Source: Sedimentisphaerales bacterium (GTDB lineage Bacteria > Planctomycetota > Phycisphaerae > Sedimentisphaerales > Anaerobacaceae). From it: a stretch of 64,000 bases of DNA. The stretch is from assembly GCA_040772485.1 (NCBI GenBank), contig JAXGYC010000010.1, positions 192,001 to 256,000 on the forward strand, in the 5' to 3' direction. Position 1 is the first letter of the stretch. Every line of letters starts with the position of its first letter. Positions 18,123 through 27,263 of the stretch are shown here, piece by piece. The translations under genes and the position numbers were made by a program. The notes below the pieces were generated by a model. That model was not told the DNA's origin and did no database searches. It saw nothing but the letters and a program-made list of their open reading frames with translations.

Positions 18123-19571
18123 TCACAGACTGGCGATGTTGAGATTCTTGGCGGCGGCGGTTTCGTTGGGACGCGAGACGGGGGTCGTGACGGGCGCCGC
18201 CTTGAGCTGCCCGGGGTCCTTCTGTGCCAGTTCGGCGATCTCGATCATCGCGGCGATGAACGCGTCGAGCGTCTCCTTGCTCTCCGTCTCGGTCGGCTCG
18301 ATCATCATCGCCTCTTTGACGATCGTCGGAAAGTAGACCGTCGGCGGATGGAATCCCCGGTCGATCAGGGCCTTGGCGATGTCAATGGCGTGCACACCAT
18401 TGGCGGCCATCTCCTCGGTCGTGCTGAAGACGCACTCGTGCTTGCAGAGCTTGTCGAAGGCGGGAGCGTAGTGGTCCTTGAGCTTGCAGCGGACGTAGTT
18501 GGCGTTGAGCACGGCATTCTCGGCGACGCGGGCGAGGCCCTCTTTGCCCAGCAGGAGAATATAGACGTAGGCCCGCAGCACAATCCCGAAGTTGCCATAG
18601 AACGGCGCGACGTAGCCGATGGATTTGGGCCGGTCGTACTCCAGGGCGAACGTCCCATCCGCGCGTTTGACGACGATGGAGACGGGCAGGAACGGCACGA
18701 GGCGCTCCTTGACGCCGACCGGTCCGGCTCCGGGACCGCCGCCGCCGTGCGGCGTGGCGAAGGTCTTGTGCAGGTTCAGATGGACGATGTCGAAGCCGAA
18801 GTCGCCCGGCCGGGCCTTGCCCACGATCGCGTTGAGATTGGCGCCGTCGTAATACGCCAGGCCGTCGACGCTGTGGATCAGGTCGCAGATCTCGCCGATG
18901 TGCGGGTTGAACAGGCCCAGCGTGTTGGGACACGTCAGCATCACGCCGGCGACGTCGTCGCCGATCGCTCGCTTGAGGGCCGTCAGGTCCATCAAGCCGT
19001 CGGCGCCGCTGGGGATCGAGACAACACGGTAGCCTGCGATGGCGGCGCTGGCGGGGTTGGTGCCGTGCGCGCTGTCGGGCGCCAGCACGACAGTCTTCTT
19101 GTTGCCCTTGTCCCGATGGTAGGCGGCCATGATCATCATGCCGGTCAGCTCGCCGTGCGCACCGGCCATCGGCTGCATCGTGAAACCCGCCATCCCGGTG
19201 ATCTCGCGGAGCAACAGGTCCATCTCGTAGAGGATCGCCAAAGCCCCCTGTGTGAGCATGCCGCCCATGCGCAACTGCGGCAACAGGGGGTGCAGATGTG
19301 CGAAGCCCGGATAGCCGGCGATGCGCTCGGCGACCTTCGGATTGTACTTCATCGTGCAGGAGCCGAGCGGGTAGAAGTTGGTGTCGACGCCGAAGTTGCG
19401 GCGGGACAGCTCGGTGAAGTGACGCACGACGTCCAGCTCGCTCAGCTCGGGCAACGTCGCACCGCGATCGCGCAACAGACTGTCACTGATGTTGATCGTC
19501 GTCGGAACATCGCTCGGGCCGGGACACACGCCCCGACGGCCCGGCACGCTCTTCTCGAACAGCAGCTTCAT
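18123..19571 (-). CDS. gcvPB: Glycine dehydrogenase (decarboxylating) subunit 2
   Basis: YPLGSCTMKYNP, SAHGTNPASA, and the PLP lysine motif HLNLHKTFATPHGGGGPG. Confidence 0.97.
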   Translation of the reverse strand: MKLLFEKSVPGRRGVCPGPSDVPTTINISDSLLRDRGATLPELSELDVVRHFTELSRRNFGVDTNFYPLGSCTMKYNPKVAERIAGYPGFAHLHPLLPQLRMGGMLTQGALAILYEMDLLLREITGMAGFTMQPMAGAHGELTGMMIMAAYHRDKGNKKTVVLAPDSAHGTNPASAAIAGYRVVSIPSGADGLMDLTALKRAIGDDVAGVMLTCPNTLGLFNPHIGEICDLIHSVDGLAYYDGANLNAIVGKARPGDFGFDIVHLNLHKTFATPHGGGGPGAGPVGVKERLVPFLPVSIVVKRADGTFALEYDRPKSIGYVAPFYGNFGIVLRAYVYILLLGKEGLARVAENAVLNANYVRCKLKDHYAPAFDKLCKHECVFSTTEEMAANGVHAIDIAKALIDRGFHPPTVYFPTIVKEAMMIEPTETESKETLDAFIAAMIEIAELAQKDPGQLKAAPVTTPVSRPNETAAAKNLNIASL

Positions 19572-19587
19572 AGCACACCCATAAGGC

Positions 19588-19693
19588 AAATCAAAATGTA
19601 AAATGCAAAGATCAAAACTGCAGATCCAAATTCAAAAAGACCCTCGCCGAAGGCGATTCCACAGTCTTGATCCTTCCTGTTTGATTCTTGATT
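19588..19693. repeat. AT-rich degenerate 7-mer arrays in inverted arrangement between gcvPA and gcvPB
   Basis: AATCAAA ATGTAAA ATGCAAA GATCAAA on one side; CTTGATC...TTTGATT CTTGATT on the other. Confidence 0.6.
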
Positions 19694-21025
19694 TCACAGC
19701 ACGCTTTCCAGCGCCTCGGCCAACATGCCGATCTCCTGCTTGGTGCGTTTTTCGGTCACGCAGATCAGCATGGAGTTTTCCATTCCTTTGTAGTACCGGC
19801 TCAGCGGGAAGCCCGCCGCAAAGCCCTTCTCGATCAGCCTGGCGATCACATCGGCCGCCTCGTAGGGCAGATCGAGCACAAACTCGTTGAAGAACCACCT
19901 GGCCTTGAAGTGCGGCTCCACGCCCTTGATCGCGGTCAGACACTGGTAGGCATAGCTGGCTTTGTCGGCGCAGCGCTGGGCGGTCTCCCGAAGCCCCTCC
20001 TTGCCGAGTAGCGCGAGGTACACGAGCGCCGTCAGGGCGCATAAGGCCTCGTTCGAGCAGATGTTCGACGTCGCTTTGTCGCGTCGGATGTGCTGCTCGC
20101 GGGCCTGGAGCGTCAGGACGAAGGCGCGGCGGCCTTCGCGGTCGGTCGTCTCGCCAACGACGCGTCCGGGCATCTTGCGCACGTGCTCTTTGCGGGCGGC
20201 CATGAAGCCGAGGTACGGACCGCCGAACGACATCGGCATCCCGAGACTCTGGCCCTCGCCTGTGACGATGTCGGCGCCCATCGCGCCGGGCGTCTTGAGG
20301 ATGCCCAGCGAAATCGGATAGCACGAGACCAGCAGCAGGGCGCCCTTCTCATGGGCGGCCTTGGCCAGATCGGTGAAGTCATCGATGCAGCCGAAGAAGT
20401 TCGGGTTCTGGACGATGATCGCGGCGGTCTGGCCGTCGAGCCGGTCGAGAATCTCGGCGCGATTGGCCAAGCCGTTGGTGCAGTGGGTCTCGTTCAGGTC
20501 GACCGGGAGGTTCTGCGTGTGCGAGTGGATCATCACGCGGTAGATCGGATGAACACTGTCGTCGATGATGACCTTGTGGCGACCCGTGATTCGCATGGCC
20601 ATCATCATCGCCTCGTACATGGCGGTGCCGCCATCGTAGAGCGAGGCGTTGGACACCTCCATGCCGGTGAGCCGGCAGATGATGGACTGATACTCGTAGA
20701 TCGCCTGCAATGTCCCCTGGGACAGCTCGGGCTGGTACGGCGTGTAAGCGGTATAGAACTCGCTGCGGGAGATGATTGAGTAGACCGCCGACGGGATGAA
20801 ATGGTCGTAGAACCCGCCGCCCAGAAAGAGCGTCAGGTCAATCGAGTTCTTGCATGCCAGGTCGGCCAGGCGATTGCGGACCTCCATCTCGCTCAGGCCG
20901 GCCGGCAGATGGAACGACTGGGCTTTCAGATCGGCGGGGATGTCGGCGAACAAGCCGTCCATCGTCAGGCCGATCTGGGCGAGCATTTCCCGTTGTTGCT
21001 GCTCTGTGTGTGGCATGAAGGGCAT
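19694..21025 (-). CDS. gcvPA: Glycine dehydrogenase (decarboxylating) subunit 1
   Basis: FYTAYTPYQPELSQGTLQ, NASLYDG and REQHIRRDKATSNICSN. Confidence 0.97.
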   Translation of the reverse strand: MPFMPHTEQQQREMLAQIGLTMDGLFADIPADLKAQSFHLPAGLSEMEVRNRLADLACKNSIDLTLFLGGGFYDHFIPSAVYSIISRSEFYTAYTPYQPELSQGTLQAIYEYQSIICRLTGMEVSNASLYDGGTAMYEAMMMAMRITGRHKVIIDDSVHPIYRVMIHSHTQNLPVDLNETHCTNGLANRAEILDRLDGQTAAIIVQNPNFFGCIDDFTDLAKAAHEKGALLLVSCYPISLGILKTPGAMGADIVTGEGQSLGMPMSFGGPYLGFMAARKEHVRKMPGRVVGETTDREGRRAFVLTLQAREQHIRRDKATSNICSNEALCALTALVYLALLGKEGLRETAQRCADKASYAYQCLTAIKGVEPHFKARWFFNEFVLDLPYEAADVIARLIEKGFAAGFPLSRYYKGMENSMLICVTEKRTKQEIGMLAEALESVL

Positions 21026-21051
21026 GGCCTTTGCTCCGAGGATTGGGTCTC

Positions 21052-21078
21052 ACAGGACCGACAGGACCTGCTGGACCT
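21052..21078. repeat. 9-mer tandem repeat (GGACC core) abutting the gcvH stop codon
   Basis: ACAGGACCG ACAGGACCT GCTGGACCT. Confidence 0.55.
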
Positions 21079-21457
21079 ACAGTGTGTCGAGGTACTCCTG
21101 GTACTTCGTGGCGTTCATCAGATTGTCGAGCGACTTCTTATCGGTGACCTGGAGCTTGCAGATCCAGCCGCTCTTGTAGCAGTCTTCATTGATCAGTTCG
21201 GGCTTCGTGCTCAGCTCAGAGTTGATCTCGGTGACGGTCCCGGTCACGGGGCTATAGACGTCACCGGCGGCCTTGGAACTCTCCACCACGGCGATCTCCT
21301 TGTGCGAAGCAAACTGCTTGCCCACCTCGGGCAGCTCGACGAACACCAACTCGCCCAACTGCTCCTGCGCGTAGTCCGTGATGCCCATCGTGACGACGTC
21401 ACCGGCGACCTTTGCCCATTCGTGGTCCTTCGTGTAGAGCAAACCCTCGACGACCAT
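21077..21457 (-). CDS. gcvH: Glycine cleavage system H protein
   Basis: YTKDHEW, GITDYAQEQLGE and the lipoyl-lysine motif VESSKAA. Confidence 0.97.
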   Translation of the reverse strand: MVVEGLLYTKDHEWAKVAGDVVTMGITDYAQEQLGELVFVELPEVGKQFASHKEIAVVESSKAAGDVYSPVTGTVTEINSELSTKPELINEDCYKSGWICKLQVTDKKSLDNLMNATKYQEYLDTL

Positions 21458-21471
21458 TGCGTTGCCTCCCG

Positions 21472-22767
21472 TCAGAACTTCTCGAATCGGCCGACGACGG
21501 TTCCCGTCAGATCGGCCTTTGTTTGTTGTCCCTTGTCCATGTGTTCGGCCCGGCCCTGCTGGACCTGGCTGGAGCTTCGCGCCAGGTAGTAGACGCCCAG
21601 CGCGTTGCCTTCCGCCGCCGCATTGCGGCTGATGTAGGCCAGGGCGTACTGCTTCTCACCGGCCGTTGCGCTGCTGAGCACCCAGCCGACGCAGACGCCG
21701 CAACCGTCAATGACCGGGTCATCCGGACGGATCGGGCGAACTCCTCTCGCCGCGGAGAACTCCAGACGCGCCACCTGCATCTCGTACGTCTGGGCAATCT
21801 TCGCCATCGGCGTCTTGCCCACGAAGAACGTCTTGTCGAGCTTCACCGCCCACCCATAGCCGGCCTCGAAAGGCGAGATCCCGAACTTGCCGTCCAACTC
21901 ATGCCCGTAGAGCGGCAGACCTGCCTCGATCCGGAGGCTGTCGCGGGCGCCCAGCCCACACGGCAGCACGCCCAGCGGCTTGCCCGCCTCCAGGATCAGG
22001 TTCCAGAGCCGGGCAGCCTGGTCGGGATGGACGAACAGCTCGAAGCCGACCTTCGACCCGGTATACCCGGTCCGGCAGATCAGGCAGTCGATCCCGGACA
22101 GCTTTTGCTCGAAGAACGCGAACGGCTTCAGACCCGACAGCTTCTCGGCGATCGACCCATCCGAAGACAGCTTCGCCAGCACGTCGATGGAGGCTGGTCC
22201 CTGCAAGGCGATGTCGACGCGGCAATCAGATCCGGCCGTGGTATCGCGCATGTCGCGGAGGATACACGACTCGCACGGACTGAATCCCGTCCGGTGCGGC
22301 TCGACCTCGATCACGACGCGACCGGCCAGGAGTTCCTTGAGATAGGCTTTGATCTTCGGCTCGTTGGCGGCGTTGACGACGACCATGTAGAGCTGCTCGG
22401 CCCGGCGGTAGACGATGATGTCGTCCAGGATGTTGCCGGCGGCGTCGAGGATGTAGCTGTACTGGGCCCGCCCGACGGCCAGCTTGCGGACGTCGTTGGT
22501 GGTGGCGGCGTGCAGGAGGCCGGCGGCCCCCCCGCCGGAAAACTCCAGCACGCCCATGTGGGTGCAGTCGAACAGCCCGGCGGCTCGGCGGACCGCCTGG
22601 TGCTCGGCCGCAATCGTGGAATACCACAGCGGCATCACGTACCCCGCAAAGGGGCTCATCCGCGACTTGTTCGTCAGCTTGAGATGCTCTTCATACAGCA
22701 CGCTCGGCGCCGGCTCGGCGACGGGCGGCTCGAAAACGAACTGGCCTGAAGGCGTACTTCCCTGCAC
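21472..22767 (-). CDS. gcvT: Glycine cleavage system aminomethyltransferase T
   Basis: FAGYVMPLWY, GLFDCTHMG, RTGYTG..GFE, GLGARDSLRIEAGLPLYGHE; AAGGAG RBS before the GTG at 22767. Confidence 0.93.
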   Translation of the reverse strand: MQGSTPSGQFVFEPPVAEPAPSVLYEEHLKLTNKSRMSPFAGYVMPLWYSTIAAEHQAVRRAAGLFDCTHMGVLEFSGGGAAGLLHAATTNDVRKLAVGRAQYSYILDAAGNILDDIIVYRRAEQLYMVVVNAANEPKIKAYLKELLAGRVVIEVEPHRTGFSPCESCILRDMRDTTAGSDCRVDIALQGPASIDVLAKLSSDGSIAEKLSGLKPFAFFEQKLSGIDCLICRTGYTGSKVGFELFVHPDQAARLWNLILEAGKPLGVLPCGLGARDSLRIEAGLPLYGHELDGKFGISPFEAGYGWAVKLDKTFFVGKTPMAKIAQTYEMQVARLEFSAARGVRPIRPDDPVIDGCGVCVGWVLSSATAGEKQYALAYISRNAAAEGNALGVYYLARSSSQVQQGRAEHMDKGQQTKADLTGTVVGRFEKF

Positions 22768-22801
22768 TTGGTTGGCTCCTTTCCAGGGCGTGAAAAGCCA
22801 T

Positions 22802-22829
22802 AGGATAGGACAATCCGCCCCGCCGTCAA
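22802..22829 (-). promoter_or_regulatory. Possible promoter of the gcv operon
   Basis: TTGACG-16 nt-TATCCT on the minus strand. Confidence 0.45.
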
Positions 22830-22979
22830 GCACCTTCTGGGCAATTCTCCCGCCGCAGGGGCACCGGGGAGATCCCCTGCCCCCATCCCAGGGACCGGTT
22901 ACCGGCCTGGCGCGCACAGCCTTTTACATGTAGGGCAAGGGCCCCACGGAATGGAAACCTTCACCTGGGAGCACAAACC

Positions 22980-23066
22980 ATGAAGACGATCGAGAGAATC
23001 CTGCTGTTGGTTGCGGCAATCCTGGCGATGGCGTCATTGAGCGGCTGCATCGTGTTCTCGTGTTAG
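22980..23066 (+). CDS. 28-aa ORF: lipoprotein signal peptide plus 6 residues (micro-lipoprotein or truncated gene)
   Basis: GGGAG RBS; MKTIERILLLVAAILAMASLSG|CIVFSC then TAG. Confidence 0.5.
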   Translation: MKTIERILLLVAAILAMASLSGCIVFSC

Positions 23067-23210
23067 GAACCCATCAGCCGCACCAGCCGTGCCGTCGCCC
23101 GGACCCAAATCGCAGCGTTCTCACCGAAGCCCAACGCAGCTCCAATCTGCTGCCATCTCGCGCGGTTCCTGCCTGAAGGACATTTCTACATGCGCCAGGC
23201 GTGGCAGCAA

Positions 23211-24206
23211 TCACCTTTCGATGAGAGATTCGTCGACTTTCATGCCGAAGTGGCGGCCGCCGTGAGTGGTGTGGGCGAGGACCTTGTCACCCGGCTTGAG
23301 GCTGGTGACCGCGATGGCCTTGCCCTGTGGATCGACCAGGCGAATCGTTTCGGCGTTCTGGAGGACCAGACTGACGGGCTGCCCCCCCGCTTCGGCCTCG
23401 ATCAGCATCATGGGGCGGCGTTCGATCTTGTTGCGGCCCAGATAGGCAACCTGGCTGCGCCCCTGCCAGTCGACCAGCAGAACCTCGTCGCCCGTCTTCA
23501 GATCGGCCAGGTATTTTGTCTTGCCGCCCGGCGCCATCGCGTAGGCGTGCACGGCGCCCGCGTTGACACGGAAGGGACGCGACGCGACGTAGGGGTTGTC
23601 GATCGATTCGGAGTGCACGAGAAAGAAGCCCGAGGCGGTGTTGCCCACCAGCATGCCCTCGCCCAGCGTCATCTGAGTGCAGGTGTCCAGGCACGCGCGG
23701 TCGCCCATGCCGAGCTGCCTGACGGTAGCGATAACGGCCTCAACCAGACCGATCTTCTCGCTGACCCCGTGGACGATCTGGGCGGTCTTCTTGATCTCGT
23801 TGACGTTTGTCGTATTGAGCAGGACGCCGTCGACACCCTTTTCGAGGATCTCGACCATGAGCCTGGCCTGGTCGCTGTTTTCGACCTGGACGATCAGGTT
23901 ACCGCCCCGCCGGGCCAACAGGTTCTCGATCGGGATGATGGTCCAGTCGAGCATCTTCAGGACGACAAGCTTGCCGGCGGGCACGGCGGCGGCCCGGTCC
24001 TCGTCGGCCTTGCTGCTGATGTCGATGAACTCGACGTCTACGCCGGGCTTCAGGTCGCCGGAGACCTCGACCGTCTTGATCCTGCCGAACTGCCGCACGG
24101 TATTGCTCTGCCCATCCGGCAGCACGACCGCCTCGGCGCCGCTTTCCAACGCCGCAATGGCGATTTCCTTGACGTACGGGTTCGCGTTTACCCAGAGTCT
24201 CTTCAT
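23211..24206 (-). CDS. aroB': 3-dehydroquinate synthase type II
   Basis: DWTIIPIENL, LEKGVDGV, GMGDRACLDTC, PYVASRPFRVNAGAVHAY, LQNAETIRL and GRHFGM. Confidence 0.93.
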   Translation of the reverse strand: MKRLWVNANPYVKEIAIAALESGAEAVVLPDGQSNTVRQFGRIKTVEVSGDLKPGVDVEFIDISSKADEDRAAAVPAGKLVVLKMLDWTIIPIENLLARRGGNLIVQVENSDQARLMVEILEKGVDGVLLNTTNVNEIKKTAQIVHGVSEKIGLVEAVIATVRQLGMGDRACLDTCTQMTLGEGMLVGNTASGFFLVHSESIDNPYVASRPFRVNAGAVHAYAMAPGGKTKYLADLKTGDEVLLVDWQGRSQVAYLGRNKIERRPMMLIEAEAGGQPVSLVLQNAETIRLVDPQGKAIAVTSLKPGDKVLAHTTHGGRHFGMKVDESLIER

Positions 24207-24652
24207 ATCCGGCTCCAGCACATCTGGACACATCCTGCTGTGGTTTCGTTGCCCGATTAGACGTCCGCAAGCAGCGACTGTCAATAGACTTGGCAAACCG
24301 CAAGCGAGGATAGGACTTGACAGTCGCCCCCGACCCGGCCCATATTGGACGCCAATTGGGGAGGTCGGTGCCATTCGTTGAAAGGGTGGGAGAATGGATC
24401 GAGGCAAGGACTCATACCCGCAAGGTCGGCCACCAGCACACACCACAGGCATGGCCAGGCGACAGCCGACAGATCTGGACACGGCGATTTTTGCAGAGGA
24501 TAGACTGAACCGATGCCGACCGGAACGACTATATGTCGGGACACATCGTGCGCAGGAGCACCGTTCACGAAGGAAATGGAAAATCGCGGCTGCCCAGACC
24601 GTCTGACCAGCCGGCATGTTGGGGACCCAGCAAAACCCTTGAGTAAGGAGCC

Positions 24653-25060
24653 ATGAGTATGGGTATGTTGCAGGAGTTCAAAGCGTTCGCCATGAGAGGC
24701 AATGTCGTGGACATGGCCGTGGGCATCATCGTCGGGGGCGCCTTCGGCAAGATCGTGTCGTCCTTTGTCGCCGATGTGATCATGCCGCCGATCGGGCTGC
24801 TGCTCGGGGGCGTGGATTTCTCCGACCTGTCCCTTACCCTGAAGAAAGCGGTGGGCGAGACGGCCGCGGTCACCCTGAACTACGGCAAGTTCATTCAGAC
24901 CGTCATCGATTTTCTGATCATTGCTTTCGCGATCTTCATGGCGATCAAGGCGATGAACGCGCTGAAGAGGAAGCAGGAAGAAGCCCCGGCCGCGCCCCCG
25001 GCGCCTCCCAGAGAAGAGGTTCTGCTAACCGAGATCAGAGACCTGCTCAAGCGGAGCTAA
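24653..25060 (+). CDS. mscL: Large-conductance mechanosensitive channel
   Basis: [30 protein letters not shown]...[10 protein letters not shown]. Confidence 0.97.
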   Translation: MSMGMLQEFKAFAMRGNVVDMAVGIIVGGAFGKIVSSFVADVIMPPIGLLLGGVDFSDLSLTLKKAVGETAAVTLNYGKFIQTVIDFLIIAFAIFMAIKAMNALKRKQEEAPAAPPAPPREEVLLTEIRDLLKRS

Positions 25061-25216
25061 ACTGGTTTCTGGTCTCTCGGAACAGGACACGTCATTCGCG
25101 GCAGCCCGGCCCGGCGTCGGCGAGCGCCGGGCCGGATGAGTGCTGGGCCGGCAGAATGGGGCAATCTCTGTAGTCTGTCGCGACCACCACCCTGCGTGAT
25201 ATGACGTAAAGGAGCC

Positions 25217-25549
25217 GTGGTGAGCGCCAGAACAGCACGCAGAAAGGGCAGCGTTGGAGCAGCGGTGGTGTGGATGTTCGTGATCTCGCTGCTGCTGTTC
25301 TGGCTGCCGGTGTTCGGGCCATTGATCGCCGGGCTGGTCGGAGGCAAGAGGGCCGGCGGAGTCGGTGCGGCCATTGTGGCAGTGTTCTTTCCCGCCATTG
25401 CGCTCGGCGTGTTCTTCCTGGTTTTCTCCACCGCCCTGACCGGCATGCCTGTGGTGGGCCTTCTGGCCGGCGCCGGCGGATTCCTGCTGGCCGCCAGCGG
25501 CGTCGGGATGCTCCTGGTCGGCGCGATCGTCGGCGGCGTTCTGGCTTGA
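25217..25549 (+). CDS. Small Gly-rich integral membrane protein
   Basis: AAGGAG RBS before GTG; 3-4 hydrophobic helices; LPVFGPLIAGLVGG motif. Confidence 0.75.
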   Translation: MVSARTARRKGSVGAAVVWMFVISLLLFWLPVFGPLIAGLVGGKRAGGVGAAIVAVFFPAIALGVFFLVFSTALTGMPVVGLLAGAGGFLLAASGVGMLLVGAIVGGVLA

Positions 25550-25633
25550 CATCGCCGGCGCGGATCGGTACTGTCGCTTCGGCGTGTGCGGCATGAATCC
25601 GAGCATGGTGACGTCGAGTCAGGAGCGCATCGT

Positions 25634-27235
25634 ATGGCGAGCGAACGCGTCAAAGCAGTGGCAATTCTGTTGATTCTCTGTCTGTGCGTAACTGGCTGGG
25701 CGGACTTTCTGGCGGATCTGGCGCAACCTCACGAGGGGCGGAGCATGCGGGCGACCTCGACCGCCAAGCTGGGTACAGACCCGCGCGGGTGGCAAGGTGA
25801 ACCCGACCCGAACAGCAACAGCGACAACAGCAGCGTCCCGCCGGGCCAGACGAAGGTCCTGATGGACGTCAAAGGTCCCGGCGTGATCACACACATCTGG
25901 ATGACGTTCCTTGGGCCCGAACCGCACCCCTGGGCCAAGAACGGATCGGCCAACCACCAGGAGATGCTGCTGCGAATCTACTGGGACGGCGACGAGCGGC
26001 CGGGCGTCGAGGCCCCCGTCGGCGACTTCTTCGCCAACAGCTTCGGCAAACGCAGCGAGGTGATCAGCCTGCCGGTGATCGTCGAGGACGCCGATTCGTA
26101 CAACTGCTTCTGGCACATGCCCTTCCGCAAGTCTGCCCGCGTCGAGGTCGTCAACCAGAGCGAAAAACCGATCAGCCTGCTCTACTTCAACATCGACTGG
26201 ATCAAGAAAGACAAGATCGCCAGGGACGCCCCCTACTTCTACGCCCAGTACCGCCACGAGTACCCCGTCGAGAACGGCAAGGACTACGTGATTCTCGAAA
26301 CGCAGGGCAAGGGACACTACGTCGGCACGGTCCTGAGCGTACGGACGCGCAGCCCATCCTGGTTTGGCGAAGGCGACGAGAAGATCTACATCGACGGCGA
26401 AGCCAGACCTTCGATCTGGGGCACCGGGACCGAAGACTACTTCCTCTCCGCCTGGGGTCTCCAGACGACCAGCACGCCGTACTTCGGCGTGCCCTACTTC
26501 GACGAATGGGGAATCGTCGGCGGGCACACCTCCGCCTACCGCTGGCACATCAACGACCCGTTGGTCTTCAACAAGGGGATCAAGGTAACGTTTGAGCACT
26601 TCGGCTGGATGTCGCCCGATGAGAATCCGCAATACAAATCGCATAGCTGGAACGAGCGGGAGGACGACTACTCCAGCGTCGCGTTCTGGTATCAGACGGG
26701 CCAGCCGACGTTCACGGCGCGAGCCCCGCGCGAGCGGACGCTGCCTAACCTCGACCGGATCATCGCCGCCCGCCAGTTCACAGCCCAGCAGTATCACGGC
26801 CAAGGTCAGGCCGAGGCGCAGAACCTGGACCTCTATCCCGACGGGCATCTGCTGTACAAGCCCGAGAGCCAGGACAACGCGTGGATCGGGATCCCCTTCG
26901 AGATCGAGAAGAAAGAGCCCAAGCGGCTGCTGCTGGTCCTGACGAAATCCTATGATTTCGGCCAATATCAGGCCTACCTCAATGGCGTCAAGCTGGGCGG
27001 CGTCATGGACCTCTACAGCAAGGACGTTGCGACGCGCGAGTTCCACCTGCTGGACTTCTGGCCCGAGCCGGGCAAGTACACGCTGCGGCTCGAATGCGTC
27101 GGAAGGAACCCCGCCTCGACGGGCTGCTATCTCGGCATCGAATCGGTCCGCCTGCGCGAGCGACGACCTCGCGTCGCCGAGTACCGCCACGACATCGACA
27201 AAGACTGGCGCAAGGAGCCCATGCTCTACAATTGA
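25634..27235 (+). CDS. DUF2961 / GH172-like secreted glycoside hydrolase with a C-terminal beta-sandwich
   Basis: GPGVITHIWMT, EAPVGDFF, YNCFWHMPF, WFGEGDEKIYIDGE, GTGTEDYF and SSVAFWYQ. Confidence 0.9.
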   Translation: MASERVKAVAILLILCLCVTGWADFLADLAQPHEGRSMRATSTAKLGTDPRGWQGEPDPNSNSDNSSVPPGQTKVLMDVKGPGVITHIWMTFLGPEPHPWAKNGSANHQEMLLRIYWDGDERPGVEAPVGDFFANSFGKRSEVISLPVIVEDADSYNCFWHMPFRKSARVEVVNQSEKPISLLYFNIDWIKKDKIARDAPYFYAQYRHEYPVENGKDYVILETQGKGHYVGTVLSVRTRSPSWFGEGDEKIYIDGEARPSIWGTGTEDYFLSAWGLQTTSTPYFGVPYFDEWGIVGGHTSAYRWHINDPLVFNKGIKVTFEHFGWMSPDENPQYKSHSWNEREDDYSSVAFWYQTGQPTFTARAPRERTLPNLDRIIAARQFTAQQYHGQGQAEAQNLDLYPDGHLLYKPESQDNAWIGIPFEIEKKEPKRLLLVLTKSYDFGQYQAYLNGVKLGGVMDLYSKDVATREFHLLDFWPEPGKYTLRLECVGRNPASTGCYLGIESVRLRERRPRVAEYRHDIDKDWRKEPMLYN

Positions 27236-27263
27236 CGGGCTGCTCCTCTATGGCTCATGCCGG

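Noticed and set aside
22830..22870. Possible glycine riboswitch upstream of gcvT (GGGAGA...GAAGG on the minus strand)
   Set aside because: No CTCTCAGG element and no tandem aptamer; it also lies upstream of the likely promoter.
23064..23066. Pyrrolysine or other amber read-through of the micro-lipoprotein TAG
   Set aside because: No pyl genes in the window, other genes here use TAG as a normal stop, and read-through would run antisense through aroB'.
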